Shown here: piece after piece, positions 39,947 through 49,570 of the stretch
How positions within the stretch are numbered: the stretch's first letter is position 1
How the letters are laid out: every line of letters starts with the position of its first letter
Source of the DNA: an uncultured virus (IMG/VR IMGVR_UViG_3300005405_000008)
Lineage: Duplodnaviria; Heunggongvirae; Uroviricota; Caudoviricetes
Virus record (IMG/VR): IMGVR_UViG_3300005405_000008
Span: 62,001 to 122,175 of that record
Length of the DNA stretch: 60,175 nucleotides
Reading direction: 5' to 3' (one strand)
Notes under the pieces: generated by a model
Told to the model about the DNA's origin: nothing
The model's database searches: none
Seen by the model: only the letters and a program-made list of their open reading frames with translations
Position numbers and translations under genes: made by a program

Positions 39947-40168
39947 ATGAAACATCTATATGATATTGGTCAAAGAATCCAAACACTCAACAAAGAAATT
40001 ACTAAACTACAATCAGAAATTATTGATGTTTTAGAATACCAACGAAGTCAAGGTGTAAGACCTAATAAAGATTGTGATGCGATTGCGGGAAAAGAAATAA
40101 GGATATCTATAATTGAAGGTGAAATTAGAGGATTAAAATGGGCAGCAGATGAAAGCGAGGTGGGTTAA
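39947..40168 (+). CDS. Hypothetical protein
   Basis: AGGAG RBS. Confidence 0.65.
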   Translation: MKHLYDIGQRIQTLNKEITKLQSEIIDVLEYQRSQGVRPNKDCDAIAGKEIRISIIEGEIRGLKWAADESEVG

Positions 40169-40378
40169 ATGAGATTATGGGAAATTGTCAAATTAGTATC
40201 TGAAGATAAAATGGCATGTCAAGGCTTTAAATGGAAAGGTATAAATATACCAATTGACATAATAATTGAGTTTGACAATGGAAGTTTAGTTTATCATACT
40301 CTTATGAGTGATACTACCTCTAGAGATCCTGTATCACTATGTAGCGAAATGTATACTGAATTTAAAAGAATAATGTAA
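40169..40378 (+). CDS. Hypothetical protein
   Basis: GAGG RBS; coupled to the previous ORF. Confidence 0.6.
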   Translation: MRLWEIVKLVSEDKMACQGFKWKGINIPIDIIIEFDNGSLVYHTLMSDTTSRDPVSLCSEMYTEFKRIM

Positions 40379-40485
40379 ATGATATATTATTAAATTAAAG
40401 GAGGAGAAAATATTATGGAAGAAAAAAGATTTAGGAGTTGAAGTAAGATAAAACGTGAATTTCATGCTATGAGAGGAGAATAAAT

Positions 40486-40698
40486 ATGTTTAAAGTTAAA
40501 AGTGTAAAAATCGAAGAAAACTTTATGAGGTTAAATGTTGAAGATGGTGTTGCAGGTTCACTAATTATTCAAAGAACTTCAGGTAAAATTGATCCAAATA
40601 TAGCAGAGCAATTAGTTATAAATTATGAGTCGGAAGCTCTTGAATTAATTGAATTGATTAAGAGTGGTATTCCGTTTCTTAATGGGAAAATAGAATAG
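40486..40698 (+). CDS. Hypothetical protein
   Basis: GAGGAG RBS. Confidence 0.65.
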   Translation: MFKVKSVKIEENFMRLNVEDGVAGSLIIQRTSGKIDPNIAEQLVINYESEALELIELIKSGIPFLNGKIE

Positions 40699-40712
40699 CA
40701 CGAAACAGGGAT

Positions 40713-41000
40713 TTGAAAGGAGGATATTTAATGAAAAGTGCAATTGAAATTATACAAGAAGCAAAAACTTTAATTTATCCCAATGAAGGAATAAAGCGTC
40801 TGGCGAAAGAAGCATATGATGATCCTGATTGGTTCTGTATAATGGATAGTGATGGATATTTAACAAGTTCTTATAGAGAAGAATGTCCTGATCGTGGTAT
40901 TTGTCATAGACCAGATTTTATGTTGGTTTGCGTAGCTACAAGATGGAAAAATGATCAAATTGGAGAATTGGCAATTAAAATTTATAACGGTGAAAAATAA
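40713..41000 (+). CDS. Hypothetical protein
   Basis: AGGAGG precedes the internal ATG. Confidence 0.65.
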   Translation: MKGGYLMKSAIEIIQEAKTLIYPNEGIKRLAKEAYDDPDWFCIMDSDGYLTSSYREECPDRGICHRPDFMLVCVATRWKNDQIGELAIKIYNGEK

Positions 41001-41053
41001 ATTAAAATCTTTGAAAGACTTATTTGCTTGGATAAGAAAGGATGGAATTTTAA

Positions 41054-41326
41054 ATGAAAATTAATTACAAATTTGAGGGAAATAAGATAATTAAAACCAT
41101 TGAATCAGAATTCACTGAGAAAGAAATGGATTTATTAAAAAGAGTAAAACACGAACATAGAGTTTATATTACAGATTGCTATAGAACAGATGAAGAAGCT
41201 GAACTTGACACATTGATTGACAATTTAAGAAAGTGTGATTTAGTTAAAGATCAATTCGGGATAAATGAATATACTTTAACTGAAATTGGATTTGAGTTTC
41301 TTAAAAGTTATAACCCAAACAAATAA
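41054..41326 (+). CDS. Hypothetical protein
   Basis: ORF with RBS. Confidence 0.65.
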   Translation: MKINYKFEGNKIIKTIESEFTEKEMDLLKRVKHEHRVYITDCYRTDEEAELDTLIDNLRKCDLVKDQFGINEYTLTEIGFEFLKSYNPNK

Positions 41327-41350
41327 CAAATTTATTGGAGGAATTTTAAA

Positions 41351-41644
41351 ATGAATCAATTAAATAAATTATCTAAACAAGATATTCAAACAAAATATCT
41401 TAATAAACCAATACTTATCATAGATGATAAGAATACCAAAGAATGGTATATTGTAAAAGATACTAATGCTACAATGCCCTTGCATTTATTAAGCGAAGAA
41501 GAGTCAGATTTATATGATCAAGATGAAAGTAATATAGAAGGTATTGAAGTTTCTGGAGTCGATGGAGAAGGGTATTTAATGTGGATTTATTTCAACCAAG
41601 ACGACAAACAGAGTGATGGATGGGAAGCATTTGGATATGAGTAA
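41351..41644 (+). CDS. Hypothetical protein
   Basis: GGAGG RBS. Confidence 0.65.
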   Translation: MNQLNKLSKQDIQTKYLNKPILIIDDKNTKEWYIVKDTNATMPLHLLSEEESDLYDQDESNIEGIEVSGVDGEGYLMWIYFNQDDKQSDGWEAFGYE

Positions 41645-41714
41645 AATACTATTGACTATTGTAATAAGAAAGAATCTAATGTATAATAAAGTATAAATAA
41701 AATATATTAAGGAG

Positions 41715-42257
41715 TTGAGAGAAGGAGTTATGTCTAAATATAATGGCTTAACCTTTAATGATTCTGCTAAAAGGAAATATAAAAGAAAAGCAAATAATTG
41801 TTATACTTATGCAATTAATCAACCTTTAAACCCATACACCGGAAGACATTATGAAAATTATGATTATTGTCAGCCAGGATTTTTAGGTGGAAGAGGCAGA
41901 GATTGCTTTAGGGATTATCATGATCCAAAAGAAACGAGTAAAGAAATAATTAATTCTGCAAGAAGAGATTTAAAAAGATTAGGTTATAAACTTCTTAAAA
42001 CAACTTATAAAAAATATATTGAAGAAGAAAATTGTTGGAAAGTAGCATTGTGTTTGGCAGATGATGATTACCACTGGTACAGACAAAATGATGATGGTAC
42101 ATGGTCTCACAAAAGAGGAGCATATGAAATAACCAATCGAGACAATAGCAGAAAAATAATACATAATCCAGAAACTTGCAATCGAGGAGATTATACAACA
42201 TTTGTAGGATTTTATTTAATTAAGAAAATTGAAGGAGTTGAATGTAAATGTGCTTAA
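41715..42257 (+). CDS. Papain-like fold (Cys/His) protein
   Basis: NCYTYA, QPG, DYHWYRQ...GTWSHK.G motifs; own promoter TTGTAA-17-TATAAT at 41659. Confidence 0.6.
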   Translation: MREGVMSKYNGLTFNDSAKRKYKRKANNCYTYAINQPLNPYTGRHYENYDYCQPGFLGGRGRDCFRDYHDPKETSKEIINSARRDLKRLGYKLLKTTYKKYIEEENCWKVALCLADDDYHWYRQNDDGTWSHKRGAYEITNRDNSRKIIHNPETCNRGDYTTFVGFYLIKKIEGVECKCA

Positions 42258-42447
42258 TAATTCCTAAGAAACTGTGGATTTATGCTATCAAAAAATACTT
42301 CAGTAGACCATTGACTTACGAACAAAGATGGAAGAATACATATTTTACTCGAAAGGAGATTTTTTGAAATGACTAACAAAATCAACAAAGAAAAGGCAAT
42401 CCGTATTCTAAAAATCCTTCAACAATGGAAAGAGGAGGAATTCAATA

Positions 42448-42546
42448 ATGAAATACATAATGTACACAGCAATCTATCTACTAGCACTTGCATCAATATT
42501 GCTATTTAATTATGGAGCGCATAAGAATGAAAATAATAAAATATAA
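42448..42546 (+). CDS. 32-aa hydrophobic peptide
   Basis: GAGGAGG RBS; MKYIMYTAIYLLALASILLFNYGAHKNENNKI. Confidence 0.45.
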   Translation: MKYIMYTAIYLLALASILLFNYGAHKNENNKI

Positions 42547-42559
42547 GGAGTGATCAATC

Positions 42560-42679
42560 ATGAATAAGAAACTCATAATCCTTGCTCTAATCGTTTTATC
42601 AGTGGTTATGTACATCAACATCAAACCTGTTGATACAAACACTTACAAGGTAAATACAGGTCACACAGCGAAGATTTAA
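42560..42679 (+). CDS. 39-aa signal-peptide-like peptide
   Basis: AAGGAG RBS; MNKKLIILALIVLSVVMYINIKPVDTNTYKVNTGHTAKI. Confidence 0.5.
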   Translation: MNKKLIILALIVLSVVMYINIKPVDTNTYKVNTGHTAKI

Positions 42680-42683
42680 GGAA

Positions 42684-43367
42684 GTGATTGTGGTGACAAA
42701 GAAAAATGAATTCACAAAAACATGTAAAGAATGTGGTAGTCCGGCACTAAAAAATTCTACAAAATGCACTTCTTGCGGAGCAAAATTGAAAACTAGTCGT
42801 GGTATGCAAGAGGTTCAACCAATTAAAGATAAGGTTAAGATTGAAGAAATGAAAGTATATCTAAAATCAAAATCGTTAAGAGATTGGGCATTGTTTACAC
42901 TTGGAATCAATTCTGCTTTAAGAATTAGTGATTTGTTGGATTTGAAAGTTTTAGATGTAATGGATGAAAAAGGTAAAATACGTGATAGAATTAGATTGCA
43001 TGAACAAAAGACCAGTAAAGCAAAAAACTTCCCATTCAATACAAACGTAAAAAATGCTTTATCAGAATATCTTGCTACTATTCAACCCGATCAAATATAC
43101 CTATTTGCCTCTAGAAAAGGAAATGAAGCTATCACGAGACAACAAGCGCATGTTATTCTAAGCAAAGCAGCAAAGTCTGTAGGCATAAAAGAATCTATTT
43201 CTACTCATTCCCTACGAAAAAGTTTTGCATTTGCTCTGTATGATGCAGGGGTAGATATTACACGTATTCAAGCTTTGCTTAATCACTCTTCACCAAAGGA
43301 AAGTTTACGGTATATCGGAATCACCCAAGATGAACTAGATGATGTGTATCTTGAATTAAATCTGTAA
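42684..43367 (+). CDS. Tyrosine recombinase with N-terminal zinc ribbon
   Basis: ALRISD, EQKT, HSLRK, LNHS and RYIG give a complete R-K-H-R-H-Y set; CKEC and CTSC at the N-terminus. Confidence 0.92.
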   Translation: MIVVTKKNEFTKTCKECGSPALKNSTKCTSCGAKLKTSRGMQEVQPIKDKVKIEEMKVYLKSKSLRDWALFTLGINSALRISDLLDLKVLDVMDEKGKIRDRIRLHEQKTSKAKNFPFNTNVKNALSEYLATIQPDQIYLFASRKGNEAITRQQAHVILSKAAKSVGIKESISTHSLRKSFAFALYDAGVDITRIQALLNHSSPKESLRYIGITQDELDDVYLELNL

Positions 43368-43566
43368 GGAGGAGAAAATCAATTGAAAACAAACTACAAA
43401 AGCATAGGATACCTAGTCAGATGCAAATGTGGTGAGTGGTCTAAATGGCATATAATTCTTGATTCTGGCGAAGAAGTGTATGTTTGCGAGAGATGTTATT
43501 ATAGAGATTGGAAGAATAAATTAAATAAAACAAAATGAGAATTTCGTTGGATGGAGATGTAAAAAC

Positions 43567-43812
43567 ATGAATTATTTTACTCTCGAAGATGATTATCTTT
43601 ATTGTAACAATTGTGAAGTACAAAACAAATTACATGAAGTAGTTATTGTAACAAATACCAAAACATTTTTTGAATTAGAATGTGGAGTATTAAGAAAACC
43701 AAGAGTAATTAGAGTTTATGATAATCAACCAATTTATTTAAGATGTCATAATTGTCTATGTGAAGAAGAGATATCTTTAGAAAGAGATTTAAATGGCGCA
43801 AAGTTTTATTAA
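43567..43812 (+). CDS. Small zinc-binding protein
   Basis: CNNC and CHNC pairs. Confidence 0.65.
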   Translation: MNYFTLEDDYLYCNNCEVQNKLHEVVIVTNTKTFFELECGVLRKPRVIRVYDNQPIYLRCHNCLCEEEISLERDLNGAKFY

Positions 43813-43833
43813 AGAGGAAGGGAGTAATCTTAA

Positions 43834-44406
43834 ATGTCAATTAGTCTTAATGTTGTAGTCCAAAAAGCTCAATTCTACGCAAAAGAATTATGGGATTTAG
43901 ATTTTGACCTTCCTATAGTTTTAAATGGAAGATATAAAAGTGTAATGGGAAGTGTACATTATAAAGATAGAGAGGGTAAAATCCCTGAAAAACTAGTATT
44001 GGCAGAATTTTTATTCGATGGTAAACACAATGAACTAACTCTTGACGATACACTACTCCATGAACTTTGTCATTGGTATTGTTCTGTTTCAGGTAAAGAG
44101 AGCAGAGATAATAGCAGAGATTTTGAAACGGAATTATATAAAATAGGAGCAAGTTCTACTGGTACAGCTTATCATGTCGGAACATCTTATATTGGTAAAT
44201 GTAAGAAGTGTGGGAAAGAAGTGATTGAAAAGAATAGTAAATACATACTAAGTAAATATCTTAATACTGACCGCTATTGGACTAGATGTTGTAATGCTCA
44301 AATGGTAGATGGAGGAATCAAAGAAACAAAAGATATTAACAAGGTTTCTGATAAGGTTAATGAATTGAATAGGAAGTTTAAGGAGAGTGTTTTATGCGTA
44401 AAGTAG
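43834..44406 (+). CDS. SprT-like zinc metalloprotease
   Basis: LNGR...G, TLLHELCH, CKKC motifs. Confidence 0.85.
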   Translation: MSISLNVVVQKAQFYAKELWDLDFDLPIVLNGRYKSVMGSVHYKDREGKIPEKLVLAEFLFDGKHNELTLDDTLLHELCHWYCSVSGKESRDNSRDFETELYKIGASSTGTAYHVGTSYIGKCKKCGKEVIEKNSKYILSKYLNTDRYWTRCCNAQMVDGGIKETKDINKVSDKVNELNRKFKESVLCVK

Positions 44407-44569
44407 AGGAACTTGTAAATCTAATAAATGAGATTAATAGTGACATATATTTAACTTACCAAGAAAGAAAAGATAAAATAAAGAATTAAAGTTAACTTAT
44501 GAAAAAATAGAATCTATCTTAATGGCAACATGTGAAACACACATATTAGTTTAAAGGAGTTGGAAATAG

Positions 44570-44794
44570 ATGCTGAATACTAAATTTGAATTTGATTTCT
44601 CTGAAGATAAACTTATTTCTAAACTTATTAAAGAATATAATGATTGCGAAAGTAAAGATTCAGATATTGTTTTGAATCTCAAAGGGCATGAATTGCAAGC
44701 GTTGTTGATTAATCTTATTGGAGGAAAAATTCCTTATCAAATATGTGTAAAATATGTTTTGCCTGAATTGGCAAATAAGCAATTAAAAAAATAG
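44570..44794 (+). CDS. Hypothetical protein
   Basis: AGGAG RBS. Confidence 0.6.
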   Translation: MLNTKFEFDFSEDKLISKLIKEYNDCESKDSDIVLNLKGHELQALLINLIGGKIPYQICVKYVLPELANKQLKK

Positions 44795-44851
44795 GAGCAT
44801 TTAAACCTGCGATTTCATTTTATTTGAGAAGAAGAAAGGACCTGATTAAAA

Positions 44852-45199
44852 ATGTTAAAAAGATATAAAAATATAGGTGTTTTAATTGATTATAATGAGT
44901 ACTTAAATTATCCAGAACCAGTAAGAGAAATGATAAACATAGATAAAATAAATTTATTATTGCTATCTCAAAGTAAAGGAGATAATATTCATGTTTGTTT
45001 CGATTCTCCATTGCGCAGTACACAGGACATACAGGTAGATTGGGTATATGCTTGTTTGCAATTGGATGGATTAAATAGTAACAATATAAAATTATTAAGC
45101 ATTGATGATATTGATATAAAACGTAATGTCTTAACTTGCGAAATTGATTGTGTAGATTGCTCAAGATATTTTAATATTTCTAAATTTTTAATACGATGA
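44852..45199 (+). CDS. Hypothetical protein
   Basis: ORF with RBS. Confidence 0.6.
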   Translation: MLKRYKNIGVLIDYNEYLNYPEPVREMINIDKINLLLLSQSKGDNIHVCFDSPLRSTQDIQVDWVYACLQLDGLNSNNIKLLSIDDIDIKRNVLTCEIDCVDCSRYFNISKFLIR

Positions 45200-45208
45200 A
45201 TCAGCAAA

Positions 45209-45457
45209 TTGAAAGGAGGAAATTTAATGCAAGGTCAAGTTTTATTTAGAGCAACAGGTCAAAAAAGCAAAACAGGTAAAAAAGTTTTTGTTGTAATTGG
45301 TGTGGTGGGCATAGATGAAAATGAGATAGGAATAGAAGATGGGTTTAAATATGACTTATTTGATATGTCAGTATTTAATGGAAAAGATTTTACCGAATTG
45401 AATAATTCTCTTTCACCAGAAGACTTGCTTGAACAGAAAATATGGGTAGTCAAATAA
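45209..45457 (+). CDS. Hypothetical protein
   Basis: AGGAGG precedes the internal ATG. Confidence 0.65.
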   Translation: MKGGNLMQGQVLFRATGQKSKTGKKVFVVIGVVGIDENEIGIEDGFKYDLFDMSVFNGKDFTELNNSLSPEDLLEQKIWVVK

Positions 45458-45633
45458 AAAGTCAGTTTTAAGGGAGGAGCTATTTATATGACAATTAAAT
45501 CATTTAAGGAAAGAGCCGAAGAGTTAGAAATTGAACCGAATAATAAACCAATAAATATCAATGGAAAATATTCTCTTGCATTTGAAGAATGGTTAAGAGA
45601 TAATCGAAATAAAATTGAAGGAGAATCAATCAA

Positions 45634-45822
45634 ATGAAAATCACAACGACATTAGAAGTTTCAAAACAAGAAATGGATATAATCTCTGATGCTTTAAAAG
45701 TCTATGTTGAATATCTTAACAAAACACTCTCAGACAGTCCAGAATGCCATTGTAAGGCTCAAATTAGTGATACCTTAACAATGACTAACAAATTGGTTTA
45801 TGAGCTGTTACAGTGCATTTAA
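45634..45822 (+). CDS. Hypothetical protein
   Basis: AGGAG RBS. Confidence 0.6.
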   Translation: MKITTTLEVSKQEMDIISDALKVYVEYLNKTLSDSPECHCKAQISDTLTMTNKLVYELLQCI

Positions 45823-46181
45823 GGAGGAATTATTATGATGATGTCAAACACTTGTATTTCTTGTATTAAATATAATTACTGTTACAGAGATGGCAAATTA
45901 TGTGATATTTTAAACAATAATTATCATTATTATAAAGAAGATCCAATAGCAAAAGATTGGAATAATGGACACTGGGATGATAGTGGAGATTAATAAAGGT
46001 ATTTCTATCCAATTTGTTGAATAATATATTAAATCTAAACTAAAGCGGGTGATTGAATGAATCATCGTGTACCACTTATGAAGCGACTGATAAGGATTGG
46101 ATTATGGAATGGAAGAAAATTTATGGTAGAGACATGAAAACAAGTCCTCAGTGGTGTTTGAAAAGAAAGGAAGTAAACTAA

Positions 46182-46406
46182 ATGCAAGATGACGCTAACC
46201 CAAAATGTAAATTATGTCATGGAGAGGGTGAAGTATATAAATATTTTGCAAATCATAAAGACAAATATGTTTTGTTTGAGTGGTTATATTGTAGTCAGTG
46301 TTTTCCTTACAGTAGTGGCTGTTGGCCTAATCTAGATGAAATAGATATTAATGAATTTTATAGACTTCAAAAAGAAGAAGGATATTCTGATTATACAGGA
46401 TGTTAA
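46182..46406 (+). CDS. Small zinc-binding protein
   Basis: CKLC and CSQC pairs. Confidence 0.6.
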   Translation: MQDDANPKCKLCHGEGEVYKYFANHKDKYVLFEWLYCSQCFPYSSGCWPNLDEIDINEFYRLQKEEGYSDYTGC

Positions 46407-46445
46407 AATTATTTTTTGATTTAGTTAAAGAAAGGAAAGAATAAT

Positions 46446-46916
46446 ATGAAATTAAACCTAACAATTGTAGGAAAATCAATGCAGGATATTCGGAACGCAA
46501 TGAATGTTTTTATGGTAGAATTTAATGATAATAAATTAGATAAGAATTGCAACTGGCCTCTAAATGACGGAAGAGAAACTGAAATTGATTATGATTTTAC
46601 TGACGGAATAGATGTTTTTAATAAAAGTATGGCAGGAGAAGAGAGAGTCTACCCATATCAAGGAGAGGAATGGTGGGAAGAATTAAGAAAAGAAGTTATT
46701 CCAAAAAAGAGTATTAATTTTAATTCAGGAGAAGTATTTAATCTTTATCAGAGAGATATTTTTAATGAAAAGGAACAAATTTATAGAGGTAAATGGAAAT
46801 ATATTAGTTGGGACGGAGACGAAGATATTATTTTTGAAAATGAGAAAAATGAACAATCTTTATTTCCATTGTGGCAGATTAATAATGGTTTTTGGAGATT
46901 TGACGCAATAGATTAA
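46446..46916 (+). CDS. Hypothetical protein
   Basis: 156 aa ORF with RBS. Confidence 0.7.
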   Translation: MKLNLTIVGKSMQDIRNAMNVFMVEFNDNKLDKNCNWPLNDGRETEIDYDFTDGIDVFNKSMAGEERVYPYQGEEWWEELRKEVIPKKSINFNSGEVFNLYQRDIFNEKEQIYRGKWKYISWDGDEDIIFENEKNEQSLFPLWQINNGFWRFDAID

Positions 46917-47157
46917 AATTAGTTTTGATGGGAGGAATAAAACATAATGAAAATAAATGATAGTTATTATGTTATTATTAATAAAGAGAATAACTATTAT
47001 AATCAAGAAGAAGAATGGTGGTATAAAGACATAAGGGATGCTACTAGATATGAAAATTATGATCAAGCTAGTGGTATGTCTGAATATCTAAACATGTATA
47101 CAATGCGGGACATAGCCGCCACGCTAAAGCGTGTGCGGAGAAAAGGAATGATAATTA

Positions 47158-47577
47158 ATTAAAACATATCGTAAAAATAAATCTTATCATGTTTCTGAAC
47201 ATTTGGTATTTAAATGCAATTACCATGTGATATTTTGTCCCAAGTACAGACATAAAATATTAACTGGTAAAGTTTCTGATAGATTGAAAGAAATATGTTT
47301 GGAAGTAGCAACAGCTCATGATTTTGAAATTACTGATATTGAAACTGATAAAGATCATGTACATATGATTATTAATTGTAATCCTAGATACGGTGTTACA
47401 AAATGCATTCAAGTATTAAAACAAGTAACTGCTTATAGATTATTTGAAGAATTCCCACACATAAGAAAAAATAAATTATGGGGTGGGAAGTTCTGGAGTA
47501 GAAGTAGTTTTGTATCTACGGTTGGAAGTGTTTCATTAGAAGTAGTTAAACAATATATTGAGAATCAAGGCAAATAA
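47158..47577 (+). CDS. tnpA: Y1 HUH transposase TnpA (probable ATT start)
   Basis: YHVIFCPKYR, DHVH, LWGGKFWSRS, YIENQ motifs; frame open to an ATT after AAAGGA. Confidence 0.92.
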   Translation: MKTYRKNKSYHVSEHLVFKCNYHVIFCPKYRHKILTGKVSDRLKEICLEVATAHDFEITDIETDKDHVHMIINCNPRYGVTKCIQVLKQVTAYRLFEEFPHIRKNKLWGGKFWSRSSFVSTVGSVSLEVVKQYIENQGK

Positions 47578-47633
47578 TTCTTGTAATTATTATATAAACA
47601 TGATATAATTAATAAAGAAAGGTGGTGAATACT

Positions 47634-49073
47634 ATGTCTAATTTTGTTTTAACTTTGCCGTTAAAAACTGAAAAATTTCAAGAGGATATCTTAGATAAAA
47701 ATTTTGAAAAATGCAGAAAGATTTACAACTCTTGTATTTCTGAATTACATAAGAGATATAATCACATGAGAGAATCTAAAGCATATCAAGCAAATTGCAA
47801 ATACAAAGGGAAAGATAGAAATAAAATATTTAATGGATTGAATAAGAAATATAATTTGACAGAGTATTCATTACATGATTTTGTTAAACCAATGAGTAAA
47901 TATTTTGGCATAGACGCTATGACAGTTCAAAAGATTGCTACTAGAGCATTTGATGCTTTTCAAGAATTAATATTCCATAAGGCAAATAAGATTAAATATA
48001 AAGCATATGGCGAATTAAACTCCATTGAAGGAAAAACTAATAAACAAGGAATTAGATTTAGAGATGATACTGTATTATTTTCAGGGTTGAAATTATCTGT
48101 GATTATTGATAAAAATGATATCTATGCTCATATGGCATTACAAAATAAAGTCAAATATTGCAGAATTAAACGCGAAATTATTAAAGGTAAATACCATTAC
48201 TATGTTCAATTGATTTTAGATGGAATTCCTCCACAGAAGATAGACATGAACACTGGAGAGATTAAACACTATACCAACGAAGGTGTAGTTGGACTGGATA
48301 TTGGAACTCAGAGTTTAGCAATATGTTCTAAGAATGATGTTAAACTATTAGAACTTGCTCCAGATATTCAGAATATTAAAGATAAAAAACGAATATTGCA
48401 ACGTAAAATGGATCGTTCTAGAAGAGTAAATAACCCTAACAAATACAATGAAAATGGCACGATTAATACTAAAAATAAAACTAAATGGATTAAATCAAAA
48501 CATTACATCAAGATTCAAATGGAGTTAAAAGAAATTCAAAGAAAACAAAGAGAAATCAGAAAGCAATCTCACAATCAACTTGCTAACTATATATTAACAT
48601 TAGGTAATGACATAAAGGTTGAGACTATGAGTTATAAAGGATTACAATCTAGGGCTAAAAATACTACTATCAACAAAAAGACAGGTAAGTTTAATAAGAA
48701 AAAGAGATTCGGTAAGAGTTTAGCGAACAAAGCTCCTTCAATGTTGTTGACAATACTGGATAATAAACTTAAATGGATTGATAAGAATTTAAAGAAGATT
48801 GACACTTGGAAAGTTAAAGCTAGTCAATATAATCATACTAGTGATGAGCACAATAAAAAAGAACTTGATGAAAGATGGAACGACTTTGGAGAGTTTAAAA
48901 TACAAAGAGATTTGTATTCTAGTTTTTTGATTATGAATGTAAATAATGATTTAGAAACAATTAATAGAGATTTATGTTTTGAGAAGTTCAATGACTTTAG
49001 AATATTACACGATATTGAGGTTGAAAGATTAAGAAGTTTGGATTTAAGTAAAGCATTAAGAAATGTAATCTAA
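47634..49073 (+). CDS. tnpB: RNA-guided endonuclease TnpB
   Basis: RuvC I GLDIG, II KVE and III QRDLYSS; own promoter TTGTAA-17-TATAAT at 47581. Confidence 0.9.
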   Translation: MSNFVLTLPLKTEKFQEDILDKNFEKCRKIYNSCISELHKRYNHMRESKAYQANCKYKGKDRNKIFNGLNKKYNLTEYSLHDFVKPMSKYFGIDAMTVQKIATRAFDAFQELIFHKANKIKYKAYGELNSIEGKTNKQGIRFRDDTVLFSGLKLSVIIDKNDIYAHMALQNKVKYCRIKREIIKGKYHYYVQLILDGIPPQKIDMNTGEIKHYTNEGVVGLDIGTQSLAICSKNDVKLLELAPDIQNIKDKKRILQRKMDRSRRVNNPNKYNENGTINTKNKTKWIKSKHYIKIQMELKEIQRKQREIRKQSHNQLANYILTLGNDIKVETMSYKGLQSRAKNTTINKKTGKFNKKKRFGKSLANKAPSMLLTILDNKLKWIDKNLKKIDTWKVKASQYNHTSDEHNKKELDERWNDFGEFKIQRDLYSSFLIMNVNNDLETINRDLCFEKFNDFRILHDIEVERLRSLDLSKALRNVI

Positions 49074-49291
49074 CAATTAAATAACGGTTTAGAAACGAGC
49101 CGTATGCTATCGTTAATTTCTATAATGATAGAATTGATAGTAAAAGTCTTGTGGAAAATGATTAGTGTTTATATGTGTAAAATGTGAATGAAATACCATA
49201 CTTGCAAATGAGAGTATAAAAGAAATTCATGAGTACATAAGAACCTGCCGAGCTTTAGCTCGTGCAGTGTTTCAGAAATCATACTAAAACA
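49074..49291 (+). ncRNA. TnpB omegaRNA (right-end RNA) with flanking guide
   Basis: ~200-nt non-coding tract between the tnpB stop and the right end; guide would begin at 49276 (AAATCATACTAAAACA). Confidence 0.65.
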
Positions 49292-49370
49292 GCATTTGTG
49301 GAAATAAAAATGGAAATCACAATACAAGAAGATAAACAATAAAATCCCACTTTGGTCGGGTTAAGAAAGG

Positions 49371-49565
49371 ATGAGAATTATGAACAATGAAGAAAAAGTA
49401 CAGCAGCCAGAATACTCAAAAAGTATCTTACAAGAAATGAAAGAAAAGTATAATATTAAAGATGATGATTGGAGTTATATAATATTTCATTCTCGGATAA
49501 TTGCACTAATGGAACAAGATGAAGAGACTAAAGAATTTATAAAATGGCAAACAGGAAAGGGATGA
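49371..49565 (+). CDS. Hypothetical protein
   Basis: ORF with RBS. Confidence 0.6.
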   Translation: MRIMNNEEKVQQPEYSKSILQEMKEKYNIKDDDWSYIIFHSRIIALMEQDEETKEFIKWQTGKG

Positions 49566-49570
49566 TGTAA

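Larger units (their letters stand above)
47102..49275 (+). mobile_element. IS200/IS605-family element (tnpA + tnpB)
   Basis: Left-end hairpin CCGCCACGC-TAAA-GCGTGTGCGG; right-end hairpin CTGCCGAGC-TTTA-GCTCGTGCAG; ends in TTCAG; target TATAC; excision restores the host ORF. Confidence 0.88.
46947..49342 (+). pseudogene. 73-aa gene interrupted by the IS200/IS605 element
   Basis: Removing 47102-49275 restores the frame ...YLNMY-T-NHTKTAFVEIKMEITIQEDKQ stop. Confidence 0.75.

Noticed and set aside
47102..47157. IStron (group I intron fused to the IS)
   Set aside because: Only about 56 nt separate the left end from tnpA, too short for an intron core
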